Positions 12,405 to 25,457 of a stretch of 64,000 bases of DNA are shown in pieces. The position numbers and the translations under genes were made by a program. The notes under the pieces were generated by a model. The model saw nothing but the letters and a program-made list of their open reading frames with translations. It ran no database searches and was not told where the DNA came from. Position 1 is the first letter of the stretch. Every line of letters starts with the position of its first letter. The stretch comes from Acidobacteriota bacterium (GTDB lineage Bacteria > Acidobacteriota > UBA890 > WLXD01), in contig CAXWPH010000012.1 in assembly GCA_963666055.2 (NCBI GenBank), positions 64,001-128,000 on the forward strand, read 5' to 3'.

Positions 12405-12417
12405 TGGCCTGTAACAG

Positions 12418-13254
12418 ATGATCGAATGGGCGGTGATCCCGGTGGCCGGACACGGCAAGCGCATGCAGCCGGCTGCCGCGGTCGTACCGAAGGCGCTACT
12501 GCCGGTGGGCACCTGGCCGATCTTGCACTGGGCGCTCGTCGAAGCGATTCGAGCCGCCATACCCGGCATCATCGTGGTCGTCGGGCCCGACCAACAGCTT
12601 GTTCGCGATTATCTGGACGCCGCACTAGAGGCCGGGCGACGCAACGAGAAGACGGACCTGGGATGCCTCGGACGCGGTCTGCTCGATCGCGACATTCGCT
12701 TCATCGAGCAAGCGGAGCCGCTCGGCGTCGGCGATGCTTTCGTGCGCTGTCGTGAGGTAACAGGTCAGGACGTCTTCGCGGTGTTGCTCCCGGACAACTG
12801 GTTCGACGCCACTACACCGGCGATCGAGCAGGTCGCACGGGCCTACGCGCAGACCGGCTTGTGCAGCCTGGGGCTAACCGAGGTCGCTGCCCAAGAGCGT
12901 GCTCTATTCGGCAACGTTGGCGGCGTTGGCCTGCGGCGGCTGGATGGTGATTGCTACCGAGTGCTGACGCTACAGAACAAGCTCCCCGGGGTGTTCGCGC
13001 CCGAAGGAAAGAGTCCGGTTCTGCGCGGCTGCGCGCGCTACGTCGTCGACACGCGGTTCTACGATGCGCTCCTGGCGACCGGTCCGCCGAGCCAAGGCGA
13101 GTGGGACGACGTTCCCGCCTTCCAGCATTTGATCGACCACGCCGGGCTCGCAGCCTACCGGATCGACGGGCGCCACTACGACGTGGGGCACCGACGCGGC
13201 TATCTGGCCGCGGCAGCGTACCTCGGCCGCTGTGCCGCGGAAGAGGAACGATAG
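12418..13254 (+). CDS. Sugar-phosphate nucleotidyltransferase (GalU-like)
   Basis: AVIPVAGHGKRM.P....PKALLPV, EQAEPLGVGDA, LLPDN and YDVG motifs. Confidence 0.82.
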   Translation: MIEWAVIPVAGHGKRMQPAAAVVPKALLPVGTWPILHWALVEAIRAAIPGIIVVVGPDQQLVRDYLDAALEAGRRNEKTDLGCLGRGLLDRDIRFIEQAEPLGVGDAFVRCREVTGQDVFAVLLPDNWFDATTPAIEQVARAYAQTGLCSLGLTEVAAQERALFGNVGGVGLRRLDGDCYRVLTLQNKLPGVFAPEGKSPVLRGCARYVVDTRFYDALLATGPPSQGEWDDVPAFQHLIDHAGLAAYRIDGRHYDVGHRRGYLAAAAYLGRCAAEEER

Positions 13255-13847
13255 TGGCGCACTAACCCCACCACCACGCCGCGAACACGCACCTGAGATT
13301 CCGGCAGGTAGAGCGGTTCGCCGGCACCGTGACTCGGCTCGAGCCGCACGTGGCCCGGCTCCTGAAAGAACCTGCCGACAGCGGCAAGTTGATCCCCGAG
13401 CACCAGGACGACGGTGTCCCCGTCCGTGGCGACACTGCGATCCTCGATCACCAGGAGGTCGCCGTCCAAGAGGAGCTCGTCGGACAACGAGTTGCCCTTC
13501 ACGCGCAGTGCGTACAGCGGGCCCCCGGTAGCAAAGGACGAAGGCAAGTTGACGCTCTCGGCGGGCCGAATTGGCTCGAGAGGACGGCCGCCAGCGATCT
13601 GACCCAGCAACGGCACCTCGACGCCGCGGGCCAGCTCGGTATCGACGAGCTGAATCCCACGGCCTTGGTGCTTCGCCTTGCTGATGTAGCCCTTCTGTAC
13701 GAGTTGCTGGACGTGCTTGTAAACGGTGGCGGGCGACGAGAGACCAAAATGGGCGCCGATCTCCTCCAGCGTCGGAGCGTACCCCTCAGCCTTCAGATAG
13801 CCGCTGATGTAGTCGAGAATCTCTTTCTGGCGCTTGGTCAGATACAT
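13200..13847 (-). CDS. lexA: LexA-family repressor with degenerate autocleavage site
   Basis: LTKRQKEILDYI...GYAPTLEEIG.HFGLSSPATV winged helix and S24 domain (LRVKGNS, DGD); catalytic Lys position reads Gly (AAVGRF). Confidence 0.88.
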   Translation of the reverse strand: MYLTKRQKEILDYISGYLKAEGYAPTLEEIGAHFGLSSPATVYKHVQQLVQKGYISKAKHQGRGIQLVDTELARGVEVPLLGQIAGGRPLEPIRPAESVNLPSSFATGGPLYALRVKGNSLSDELLLDGDLLVIEDRSVATDGDTVVLVLGDQLAAVGRFFQEPGHVRLEPSHGAGEPLYLPESQVRVRGVVVGLVRHYRSSSAAQRPRYAAAAR

Positions 13848-13940
13848 GATGCTCGGAGCGACACGATGGGCGAAACGACGCCACTGACGGTTCGATATGC
13901 GGGACCAAATGTCAAGGGAGGGCGATGGTACCCTGACCCG

Positions 13941-14375
13941 ATGGTTTACCTGTGTCTGGACATGGGCGCGCGCCGTATTGGCGTGGCGGTTTCTGACCCC
14001 ACTGGCATGCTTGCGCGACCCCTCGATACGCTGCCGGGCGGCGAGCCAACCGCCGCGTTCGCAGAGCGCTTGCGCCCACTCGTCCGCGACACCGACGCGC
14101 AGCGGCTGGTGATCGGACTGCCAAAGCGGCTCAGCGGTGTCCGGGGACCCGAGGCCGTTGCCGTCGAGACGGTCGCCACCGAGCTGCAGGAGCTGCTTCG
14201 CATGCCTGTCATCCTATGGGACGAGCGTCTTTCGACGGTCGAGGCGACCCGGCGCTTGGTCGAATCAGGCGTGCGCCCGAAGCGTCGCAAGCAACTGGTG
14301 GACCGTGTCGCGGCAGCGCTCATTCTGCAGAGCTACCTCGACTCACTCGGCCCCCCAGTGCAGCTACCCTCGTGA
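13941..14375 (+). CDS. ruvX: Holliday junction resolvase-like / pre-16S rRNA nuclease RuvX (YqgF)
   Basis: LDMGARRIGVAVSD, WDERLST and DRVAAALILQSYLD motifs. Confidence 0.92.
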   Translation: MVYLCLDMGARRIGVAVSDPTGMLARPLDTLPGGEPTAAFAERLRPLVRDTDAQRLVIGLPKRLSGVRGPEAVAVETVATELQELLRMPVILWDERLSTVEATRRLVESGVRPKRRKQLVDRVAAALILQSYLDSLGPPVQLPS

Positions 14376-15379
14376 AGCCACTCCGCCTGGCGATAGCGGC
14401 GGCGCTGCTGGCCGCCGCAACGGCCGCAGTCGCAGTGGTAACTCTGCAGCGCCACGTGCGGGCGCCGTTCCAAGGTTACGAGGGCGCCCACATGGACGTC
14501 GTCGTACGTCCCCGAATGCCGGCGCGCCAGATCGCCGATTTACTGGAGGAGGCCGGTGTCGTGGAGTCGGCGGCGCTACTCACCGGCTGGTTGTGGTGGA
14601 CCGAGCGAAGTGGCGACGTGCAGGCAGGAGAGTACCGCTTTGTCGGGCCCACCTCGGTGCTAGAGGTCACTGAAGTCGTTACGTCGGGTCGAGTACGCCT
14701 CTACTCGGTGACGATCACCGAGGGATCCACTCGCTGGCAGGTGGCCGAAGCGATTGCCGCCGCAGGCTTCGGTTCCTACGAGGCGGCGTTGGTGGCTACC
14801 GGCCGCATCGACTTGATTGAAGATCTCGACCCGGTGGCGGATACGCTCGAGGGATACCTGTTTCCGGAAACCTACCTGGCGCCGCGGAGCGACGATGCAG
14901 AGGACCTGGTCGTCCGTATGGTCGAGGCATTCCACCAGGTCTGGACACCGGCCTACCAACGCCGCGCGGCCGAGCTGGAGATGAGCGTGCGCGCGGTGGT
15001 GACCCTGGCGTCGCTGATCGAGGCGGAGACGCTGACGCCGGCAGAACGCCCCGTCGTCTCGGGAGTGTTCCACAACCGGTTGGCGCGCGGCATGTTGCTG
15101 CAAACGGACCCGACTGTAATTTACGCCCGACACCTGGCGGGCCGCGAAGGCCGTACCATCTATCAGTCAGACCTGCGTCGAGATTCTCCATACAATACGT
15201 ATCTCTACCCCGGGTTGCCGGTCGGTCCGATCGGGAATCCACGACTGGCGAGTGTCGACGCCGCGCTTCTTCCGGCCGACGTCGATTTCCTGTACTTCGT
15301 ATCGCGCAATGACGGCACACATGCCTTCTCGCAAACGCTTGCAGAACACAACGAGCTTGTTGACCGCTACCAACGGTGA
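14372..15379 (+). CDS. mltG: Endolytic transglycosylase MltG
   Basis: N-terminal TM helix, LEGYLFPETY, ASLIEAE, LQTDPTV, SPYNTY and GLPVGPIGNP motifs. Confidence 0.92.
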   Translation: MKPLRLAIAAALLAAATAAVAVVTLQRHVRAPFQGYEGAHMDVVVRPRMPARQIADLLEEAGVVESAALLTGWLWWTERSGDVQAGEYRFVGPTSVLEVTEVVTSGRVRLYSVTITEGSTRWQVAEAIAAAGFGSYEAALVATGRIDLIEDLDPVADTLEGYLFPETYLAPRSDDAEDLVVRMVEAFHQVWTPAYQRRAAELEMSVRAVVTLASLIEAETLTPAERPVVSGVFHNRLARGMLLQTDPTVIYARHLAGREGRTIYQSDLRRDSPYNTYLYPGLPVGPIGNPRLASVDAALLPADVDFLYFVSRNDGTHAFSQTLAEHNELVDRYQR

Positions 15380-15382
15380 GCC

Positions 15383-15868
15383 ATGAGCCAGGCCCGATCC
15401 ACCAACCCGCTGCGCAGCGACGCCGCTAGTGGTCTGCGCTTCGCGGTGGTGGTCAGTCGGTTCAATGAGACGCTAACCGACCGGCTGCGGCAGGGGGCGT
15501 TGAGCGCCTTGCTCGAATACGGGGCTGCCCAATCCGACATCACCACGACCTGGGTCCCAGGCGCCTTCGAGCTCCCGATAGCCGCAGCGCACCTGGCTTC
15601 GACGAATCATTTCGACGCCATCGTATGCTTGGGCGCCCTCATCCGTGGCGAAACAATCCACTACGACGTGCTGGCCCACTCCACCGCCTCCGGATTGCAG
15701 GACGTCGCACGCCGGAGCGGACTGCCGATCACCTTCGGCGTCCTGACCTGCGAGACCGTCGAGCAGGCGGAGGCGCGCGCCGGAGGCAAGCACGGAAACA
15801 AGGGCATCGACGCCGCCGTCGCAGCGATCGAGATGGCCGTCCTGTTCAGCGCCGGCTCCGGAAGGTAG
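15383..15868 (+). CDS. ribH: 6,7-dimethyl-8-ribityllumazine synthase
   Basis: SRFN, VPGAFELP, GALIRGETIHYD, FGVLT and GNKG motifs. Confidence 0.95.
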   Translation: MSQARSTNPLRSDAASGLRFAVVVSRFNETLTDRLRQGALSALLEYGAAQSDITTTWVPGAFELPIAAAHLASTNHFDAIVCLGALIRGETIHYDVLAHSTASGLQDVARRSGLPITFGVLTCETVEQAEARAGGKHGNKGIDAAVAAIEMAVLFSAGSGR

Positions 15869-15871
15869 GCG

Positions 15872-16338
15872 ATGGGATACCGCCATCGTGCTCGTGAGCG
15901 CGCATTGCAGTGCCTGTATCAATGGGAGAGCACCGGTGCGGAGCTCGACGGGCTTCTTGAACGATTCTGGAGGGCGCAGCCGGAACCGCAGCGAGTGCGC
16001 GACTTCGCCGAAGTGTTGGTAAGAGGCACGGTAGATGCCGTGCTCCGCATCGACCCTTTGATCGAGCAGCAGGCGGAGAACTGGCGTCTGGAGCGTATGG
16101 GCTGTGTCGATCGCGGCATCCTGCGGCTGGGGGTCTATGAGCTTCTCGATCAGTCCGACACCCCTGCGGCGGTGGTCATCGATGAGGCGATCGAACTAGC
16201 GAAGCGCTACAGCGGCGAGCAGGGAGGCACGTTCGTCAACGGCGTGCTCGACGGAATCTATCGACGGCTCCAGCGGCAACCAGCCAACGGCGACCTAGGC
16301 CTCGAGCCGCAACCTGGTCGAAGCAAGGCAACCGGCGC

Positions 16339-16342
<4 letters not shown>
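15872..16342 (+). CDS. nusB: Transcription antitermination factor NusB
   Basis: RHRARERALQ.LYQ, DRGILRLG.YE, IDEAIELAK and FVNGVLD motifs. Confidence 0.95.
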
Positions 16343-19116
<2,774 letters not shown>

Positions 19117-19120
19117 GGAC

Positions 19121-19684
19121 ATGGGGGTTGGGGGGATGAACGGAAGACATCGCAACTGCGGACGACCGGCCTGGCGCGCTCGTGTGGCGGTGGTAGTGGC
19201 GCTGGCGGCGTGCCTGTCGTGCGGCTACACCCTGGTTGGCTCTGGTGCGTTTCTTCCCGACTACATCCGCGTCGTTGCCATTCCGACGTTCGTGAACCTG
19301 ACGCCACGTTTCGAACTGGAGGTACGCGTCACCGACGCGGTGACCCGCGAGTTCGTGTCGCGCGGCAACTACCGCGTAGTAGCCAGCCAAGCGGGCGCCG
19401 ACGGCGTTTTGCAGGGCGAGATCCATTCGTTCACCGTAACCCCGATCGGGCTCAATCCACGCGACCGAGCCGATACGTGGCAAGTAACGATTCGAGCACG
19501 CGTCACCTTCACCGACCTCGTCGCCAACGAGGTGCTCTTTACCAACAGTGCCTTCCAGTACCAGGAGCAGTTCGAGTTCCCGGCGTCATCGGAGGGGCAG
19601 GTCGATATTGAGGTGTCGTCGATCGACGAGATCTCGGTGGAGTTCGCCCGGGCCGTGGTGTCGAGCATTCTCGAGGGCTTCTGA
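19121..19684 (+). CDS. lptE: LPS assembly lipoprotein LptE
   Basis: Lipobox-like LSCGY after a hydrophobic stretch; conserved leuS-lptE-holA order. Confidence 0.82.
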   Translation: MGVGGMNGRHRNCGRPAWRARVAVVVALAACLSCGYTLVGSGAFLPDYIRVVAIPTFVNLTPRFELEVRVTDAVTREFVSRGNYRVVASQAGADGVLQGEIHSFTVTPIGLNPRDRADTWQVTIRARVTFTDLVANEVLFTNSAFQYQEQFEFPASSEGQVDIEVSSIDEISVEFARAVVSSILEGF

Positions 19685-19699
19685 GGGCGGTTCCCCGGC

Positions 19700-20755
19700 G
19701 TGGCCAGCAGCAAGCCGATAACGATCCCGGAGGTCCGCCGTTCCTTGAGCGAGGGTCGCATCGCGCCCGTGTACCTTGTGCTGGGGCAGGAGGACGCGCT
19801 TCGACGCCACGTGGCTGAGGCTTTCTTCGACGCGTTCGAGCAGCGCGCTGACGGTCCCGGCGCCATAGACCGGATCGATGGGGCGAACGCTTCGCTCGCC
19901 GACATGATCGACGCGGCGCGTTCATTGTCGCTGTTCGCAATGGCGGCGGACGGCCCCGCTCATCTGGTCTGGGTGTCACGCTTCGAACACATGGATCTCG
20001 CGCATATCGACGAGTTGTCCACATACCTGAGCCATCCGGTCGACGCGACTTGTCTCGTATTGGAGGCCTCGAAGCTCGACAAGCGCAAGCTCGCGTACAA
20101 GACGGTTGCGGCGGCGGCCACCGTGGTCGACTGTGAGCCACCGCGCCGGGAGGAGGACGTGCGGCGCTGGCTCGAAGGGAGCGCACGGGCGCGCGGGTAC
20201 GAGATTGGTGCCGACGCGCTCGACTACATGATCGCGATGGCTGGAACAAGCATCACAGCGCTCGAGCAGGAGCTCGAGAAGGCGATGCTGTACGTCGGTG
20301 ATGGCGGCCAGATCCGCGCCAAGGATCTCGAGGGCCTCTTGGGGCGCAGCCGGGAGCACTCGGTGTTCGAGCTTACCGACGCCCTGGTGCGAGCTGATCC
20401 TGAAGGGGCCCTACGACTGCTCAACGTGCTGTTGGATGATGGTGAGGAGCCGTCCAGGGTGCTGGCGATGATTGCCTGGATCACACGACAGCTGGTGATC
20501 GCGCACGACGTTGCCGCCTCCGGCGCCTCAAGGCGCCAAAGCATGGAAGCCATCGGCGGCCGCTGGCAGCAACGCGGCGACGTACTGGATCGGGCCCAGC
20601 GCGCGGCTCGCGGGGGCCTCACGGAGGCGATCGGTGCCTGCGCGGACACCGATCTGTTCATCAAGCGGCTACGCGATGTGCGCCCCGGAGCGGACAGACT
20701 GAGGCCAGCCCGGGGGAAGCTGGAGGCGCTTTGCCGTCAGATCTGTGCCGCCTAG
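19700..20755 (+). CDS. holA: DNA polymerase III delta subunit
   Basis: PVYLVLGQE, SLF, ELEK..LY and VFELTDA motifs; synteny. Confidence 0.87.
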   Translation: MASSKPITIPEVRRSLSEGRIAPVYLVLGQEDALRRHVAEAFFDAFEQRADGPGAIDRIDGANASLADMIDAARSLSLFAMAADGPAHLVWVSRFEHMDLAHIDELSTYLSHPVDATCLVLEASKLDKRKLAYKTVAAAATVVDCEPPRREEDVRRWLEGSARARGYEIGADALDYMIAMAGTSITALEQELEKAMLYVGDGGQIRAKDLEGLLGRSREHSVFELTDALVRADPEGALRLLNVLLDDGEEPSRVLAMIAWITRQLVIAHDVAASGASRRQSMEAIGGRWQQRGDVLDRAQRAARGGLTEAIGACADTDLFIKRLRDVRPGADRLRPARGKLEALCRQICAA

Positions 20756-20797
20756 CGGTGAACGCGGCTACCGACGGCACCGACGTCGGCTCTGGCC

Positions 20798-21064
20798 CTA
20801 CCTACCGATCGCCCGGATTCTTCGGGCCAGGCGCGACTTTTTCCGCGCTGCGAGATTGCGATGGATGATTCCGCGTTGAGCGGTCCGATCGAGCAGCGTT
20901 TGCGTCTCCGTCCAGCGCTCGCGCACACGCTCGAGGTCACCCGCTTCGATGGCCTCGTCGAGCAGGCGAAGCGCGGAGCGCAGGCGTGACCGATGTGCCC
21001 GTTTGCGACCCCTCCGGACCTCGCCTTGGCGCATGCGCTTCTTGGCAGATGCATTGTTCGGCAT
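20798..21064 (-). CDS. rpsT: 30S ribosomal protein S20
   Basis: MPNNASAKKRMRQ...GIIHRNLAARKKSRL. Confidence 0.94.
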   Translation of the reverse strand: MPNNASAKKRMRQGEVRRGRKRAHRSRLRSALRLLDEAIEAGDLERVRERWTETQTLLDRTAQRGIIHRNLAARKKSRLARRIRAIGR

Positions 21065-21098
21065 ATTCAGAAAAACTCCTTGATCGGCCGCGTGAGAC

Positions 21099-22754
21099 AT
21101 GAAGGTTAGGCCGCCGGACGCCGACGGTCAAACACCCTCTGGGACCTCGACCAGCCACCTCATGCGGTCTGCGGGAGCTGTCGGCGCCCTGACGCTGCTG
21201 TCGCGGGTATTCGGTCTCCTACGCATGGCGGTGATCACCGCATTGCTCGGAACGGGAAGCGCCGCCGACGCTTGGGCAATCGCCTTCATGTTGCCCAATT
21301 CGCTACGACGGCTCGTGGGCGAAGGGAACATCTCGGCTGCGTTCGTGCCCATATTCACTCGCTTGGGGCGCCAGCGCGAGGAGCGCAGGACCTGGGAACT
21401 GGCACAACGGTTTCACACAGCGGTCGCCATCGGGGCAGTCGTCGTCGCCCTCGCCGGCGCGCTGGCGGCGCCCGTCCTGGTGCGCTGGTTCGCGTCAGGT
21501 TTCGCTGCCGTTCCGGGCAAGGTCGAGCTCACCGTCCAGCTGACACGATTCGTATTCATATTTCTCGTGTTCATCTCGATGGCCGCTGTTCTGGTAGCGG
21601 TACTCAACTCTCGCGACCGCTTCGCGGCGGCGGCGTTCGTTCCTGTGCTCCTCAACATCAGCATCGTGGGCGCGGGGTTGGCCGCCTGGTGGCTAGGCAT
21701 CACCGAGCCCGCCCGCGCCGTCTGGGTTGTGGCCGGCGCAGCGGTGCTGGGTGGGGCAGCCCAGTATTTGTTCCTGATTCCCTACGCCCGCAGGCTGGGT
21801 ATGAGGATTCGCCCACTCAGACCGACGGGCGACCCTGCTCTGCGCGAGATCGGCCGCCTGATGGTGCCGGGGCTATTCGGCGTGGGGATCATCCAGATCA
21901 ACATCATCGTCGGACGCACGCTGGCGAGTCAGCTCGGCGAAGGTGCCGTCGCCTCGCTCGACTACGCGGCGCGCATCAACGAGCTGACCCTGGGTGTCTT
22001 CGCCATTTCGGTAGCAACGGTGGTGCTGCCCCTGATGTCCCGCCAGGGAGCAGCCACGGACCTCGCGGCGCTCGGCAACACGCTGGTGTTCGCACTGCGG
22101 CAAATCAGCCTGGTGACAGTACCGGCGGCGGTGGGCATGATCCTGCTGCGCCACGAGATCGTGGAAGTGCTGTACCAACGCGGCCAGTTCGACGTAGATT
22201 CGACCCGCCTGACCGCCGCTGCTCTGTGGGGGTACGCCGTCGGTTTGGTGAGTGTAGCCACCGTGCGCGTCGTGGCTCCGGCGTTTTTCGCCCTGCGCGA
22301 CACCGTGACCCCCGTCCGCGTGGCCGCCGTCGCCATGCTGGTGAACATCGTCGCGTGCCTTGCGTTGCGCTCGGCGCTCGGTAACGCCGGAATCGCTCTC
22401 GCCAACTCGATCGCCGCCGCCGTGAACTCGGTGCTCCTTCTGATCCTGTTTCGACGCCGCGTCGGCGCGTTGCCGCTATGGAGTCTGACAACAAGCCTGG
22501 CGCGCGTCGCGGCCGCGACCGCGGTCATGGGCTGGGTCGTGGACGCGGTCCGACAGGTCGCCTGGCACGACGGTACAGGCAGCGGACTCATCGATCTCGG
22601 CAAGCTGCTGGCGGTGATCGCCGTCGGCGTCCTCACCTACTTGGCCGCACTGGTGGCCATGCGCGCACCGGAGATAGGGGAGCTACGATCGGTCACTCGA
22701 GGCGGAGTACCTGATACCCTCAGCGATCAAGGGGAGGCTTCCGGGGAGGAGTAA
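21099..22754 (+). CDS. murJ: Lipid II flippase MurJ
   Basis: LSRVFGLLR, AFMLPNSLRRLVGEG, multiple TM helices, RGQF, FFALRDTVTP. Confidence 0.92.
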   Translation: MKVRPPDADGQTPSGTSTSHLMRSAGAVGALTLLSRVFGLLRMAVITALLGTGSAADAWAIAFMLPNSLRRLVGEGNISAAFVPIFTRLGRQREERRTWELAQRFHTAVAIGAVVVALAGALAAPVLVRWFASGFAAVPGKVELTVQLTRFVFIFLVFISMAAVLVAVLNSRDRFAAAAFVPVLLNISIVGAGLAAWWLGITEPARAVWVVAGAAVLGGAAQYLFLIPYARRLGMRIRPLRPTGDPALREIGRLMVPGLFGVGIIQINIIVGRTLASQLGEGAVASLDYAARINELTLGVFAISVATVVLPLMSRQGAATDLAALGNTLVFALRQISLVTVPAAVGMILLRHEIVEVLYQRGQFDVDSTRLTAAALWGYAVGLVSVATVRVVAPAFFALRDTVTPVRVAAVAMLVNIVACLALRSALGNAGIALANSIAAAVNSVLLLILFRRRVGALPLWSLTTSLARVAAATAVMGWVVDAVRQVAWHDGTGSGLIDLGKLLAVIAVGVLTYLAALVAMRAPEIGELRSVTRGGVPDTLSDQGEASGEE

Positions 22755-22784
22755 CTCATGTTTCTGCCTGGGCGCTAGCGACTC

Positions 22785-23270
22785 GTGATCTCGGTCGTGC
22801 AGCGTGTACGCTCCGCGCACGTGATTGCGGAGGCGCAGGAGGTCGGCCGCATCGGTCTCGGTCTCCTGGTGCTGGTGGGTGCGGTCCGCGGCGACAGCGA
22901 ACGGGATGTCGAGTATCTGGCGCGGCGTCTCGCTACCCTGCGTGTGTTTCCCGACGCACGAGCACGCATGAACCTCTCGCTGCACGACGTCGATGGCTCC
23001 GTTCTCCTGGTCTCACAATTCACCCTCGCTGCCGATACGCGCAAGGGTCGCCGTCCGTCGTTCGGTCGAGCGCTGCCGCCAGACAAGGCGGAAGCGCTTA
23101 TCATCAAGTTGGTGGAGCGCCTACGAAGAGACCGGATTGAGGTTCAAACCGGGGTCTTCGGCGCGCCGATGCAGGTCCACCTGGTAAACGACGGTCCGGT
23201 AACCCTCCTGCTTGATTCGCGTCAACCGCAGCGCGCCGACGAGCAGCTGGCGGATGGTGACGATGCCTGA
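22785..23270 (+). CDS. dtd: D-aminoacyl-tRNA deacylase
   Basis: VVQRV, SQFTL, KGRRPSF and NDGPVT motifs. Confidence 0.94.
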   Translation: MISVVQRVRSAHVIAEAQEVGRIGLGLLVLVGAVRGDSERDVEYLARRLATLRVFPDARARMNLSLHDVDGSVLLVSQFTLAADTRKGRRPSFGRALPPDKAEALIIKLVERLRRDRIEVQTGVFGAPMQVHLVNDGPVTLLLDSRQPQRADEQLADGDDA

Positions 23271-24174
23271 CGCCGAATCATGGCTTGGTGGCTGGGAGCT
23301 TGACTACCTGGAGCGTCTTCGGGTCGAGCGCGGCCGTTCGCCGCGCACCGTCGAAGCATATGCCTCGGACCTGGCACAGTTCGGCAAGTGGTGCGAGAGC
23401 CGGCACCTCAGCGCACTCGGCGTCGATGTGCGATCGTTGCGCGATTGGCTCAGAAGTCTGGAGACCAGCGGCATCAGTGCCCGCTCGCGGGCGCGCAAGC
23501 TGTCGGCGTTGCGTGGCCTGTACCGGTACTTGGTCGAGGCAGGGCGCATCGACAGCGACCCCAGTGAGTTGCTGAGAGCGCGCGAGCGACGGCGATCGTT
23601 GCCGCGCACACTCGAGCCGGAGGAAATCGAGCGGCTGATGGCGCAGCCGGACACGGAGATCCCCGACGGTCTACGTGATCGCGCCATGCTCGAGGTGGCA
23701 TACGGCTGTGGCTTGCGAGTGTCGGAGCTCGTCGGCTTGCGTATCGTCGACCTGGATCTGGAGGAGGGGGTCGTGCGTTGCCGTGGAAAGGGCGGAAACG
23801 AGCGCCTGGTGCCGATTGGCGACGAGGCCGCGCACTGGCTTGATCGCTACCTGGAGGGAGGCCGGGAGCGATCGGCAAGGACCGCCACCGAAGGCGCAGT
23901 TTTCCTGACCCGCCGTGGTCGCCCGCTATCTCGCCAATGGTTTGCCAAGCTGCTGAAGCGATATGGGGTGCAGGCCGGGATCGCCTCGCAGCGTATCAGC
24001 CCACACGTTCTGCGTCACAGCTTCGCTACCCACCTGCTTGAGGCGGACGCCGACCTGAGGGCGGTGCAGGCGATGCTGGGGCATGCGCGGATCTCCACCA
24101 CCGAGGTCTATACGCACGTCAATCGACGCCGGCTGCGAAGCGTGTACGACCGCCATCATCCGCGTGCGCGGTGA
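23263..24174 (+). CDS. xerD: Tyrosine recombinase XerD
   Basis: SAM-like N-domain, [28 protein letters not shown] and [15 protein letters not shown] (R-H-R-Y). Confidence 0.88.
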   Translation: MPDAESWLGGWELDYLERLRVERGRSPRTVEAYASDLAQFGKWCESRHLSALGVDVRSLRDWLRSLETSGISARSRARKLSALRGLYRYLVEAGRIDSDPSELLRARERRRSLPRTLEPEEIERLMAQPDTEIPDGLRDRAMLEVAYGCGLRVSELVGLRIVDLDLEEGVVRCRGKGGNERLVPIGDEAAHWLDRYLEGGRERSARTATEGAVFLTRRGRPLSRQWFAKLLKRYGVQAGIASQRISPHVLRHSFATHLLEADADLRAVQAMLGHARISTTEVYTHVNRRRLRSVYDRHHPRAR

Positions 24175-25457
24175 CCGTCACGGACAGCTTGCTCGAACGC
24201 CTCGATGCTCCCACGCGTGAGCTGCTAGGTGTTTGTGGGCGCCTCGCTTCGGAGCGCGGCGAGCGAGCTTATCTCGTGGGTGGGCGTGTCCGGGACCTGC
24301 TGCTTGGCCGTGATTCCATGGACATCGACATTGTGGTCGTCGGCGACGGCATGGCCGTCGCGCAGGCGCTATCGCGGCGTAACGGCGGAAAGCTGACCCG
24401 GTTCCACAGCTTCGGAACTGCGCGCGTCGATCTCAACGACGGACGCGTGGTCGATTTTGCCAGTGCCCGGCGCGAATGCTACGCAAGCCCCGGGGAGCTG
24501 CCTCAAGTGCAGGGGGGCACACTGTATGAGGATCTCGCGCGTCGCGATTTTTCGATCAACGCGATGGCATTGTCGCTCAGCCCCGAAGCGGCAGGTGAGC
24601 TTGTTGACGAGTTCGGAGGTGCCGCTGATCTCGACGCCGGCCTCGTACGCATCCTGCACGCTGGTTCGTTCGCCGATGACGCGACGCGGTTGCTACGAGC
24701 CATCCGTTTCCGGCTCCGACTTCACTATCGGCTCGAAGCCGGCACCGCGAGAGCGCTCGCCGAGGGCGTTCGCGGAGGCTACCTCGAGTCGATCTCCGGT
24801 GACCGTTTGCGCCGCGAGCTGCGCAAGCTCTACACCGAGGCACCGGTGGAGGGCCCACTGGCACTGGCAGAAGCCGGCCTCCTGGAGCCCATCCAGTCGG
24901 ACCTGGAGGCACGTCGTGACGCACTCGAGTCGTTGTCTGCCGAGCTGGAGCGCCGGCCGGCAGATAGCCAGGCAGAGGCCTGGTCGCTGGTACTGGCGGT
25001 TACGGCCACCGAACTGACGCCGCAGCAAAGATGCGACCTAGTACGCCGACTACGACTGTCGCGGTCGGGGAGGCAGGCGCTGATGGATTCGGGGGCCACC
25101 TGGGAACGAGCTCGCGCGGCGCTGTCGAAGTTCCATAGCCCTGGCGAACGCGCCACCGTTCTCGACCAGCTCGCTCCGGACAGCCTTCGCGTCGTGATCG
25201 CAATCGACGCGGCGGTCGACGGCGGGGTCGGCGGCGCCATCCGCCGGTACCTGGACCATGATCGCCACGTCACCCCAGCGCTCGACGGAACAGGTGTGCA
25301 GAGCATGGGCTGTCCGGAGGGGCCCGCGGTTGGGGAGATCTTGCGCGCCCTGCGCGTGGCGCGCATCAACGACGTAGTTCTTGACAGGTCGGACGAGGAG
25401 CGCCTGGCACGACGCCTCATCAAGGCCCGCTTAGAACAGGGTGCTGAGAAACTCTGA
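24171..25457 (+). CDS. tRNA nucleotidyltransferase (CCA/A-adding) family protein
   Basis: LVGGRVRDLLL..DID, EDLARRDFSINAM and SF.DD.TR.LRA.RF motifs. Confidence 0.85.
   Translation: MTVTDSLLERLDAPTRELLGVCGRLASERGERAYLVGGRVRDLLLGRDSMDIDIVVVGDGMAVAQALSRRNGGKLTRFHSFGTARVDLNDGRVVDFASARRECYASPGELPQVQGGTLYEDLARRDFSINAMALSLSPEAAGELVDEFGGAADLDAGLVRILHAGSFADDATRLLRAIRFRLRLHYRLEAGTARALAEGVRGGYLESISGDRLRRELRKLYTEAPVEGPLALAEAGLLEPIQSDLEARRDALESLSAELERRPADSQAEAWSLVLAVTATELTPQQRCDLVRRLRLSRSGRQALMDSGATWERARAALSKFHSPGERATVLDQLAPDSLRVVIAIDAAVDGGVGGAIRRYLDHDRHVTPALDGTGVQSMGCPEGPAVGEILRALRVARINDVVLDRSDEERLARRLIKARLEQGAEKL

Noticed and set aside
12401-12411. CTAGTGGCCTG shared with 45359-45369 as a possible second element end
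   Set aside because: Only 11 bp, no partner inverted end, and the second copy is coding sequence; probably chance
13848-13940. SOS box upstream of lexA
   Set aside because: Only a single GTTC; no convincing direct repeat or palindrome of a known LexA box
23263-24174. Tyrosine recombinase as a phage or island integrase
   Set aside because: Sequence and operon context fit housekeeping XerD; no att sites, tRNA or cargo genes
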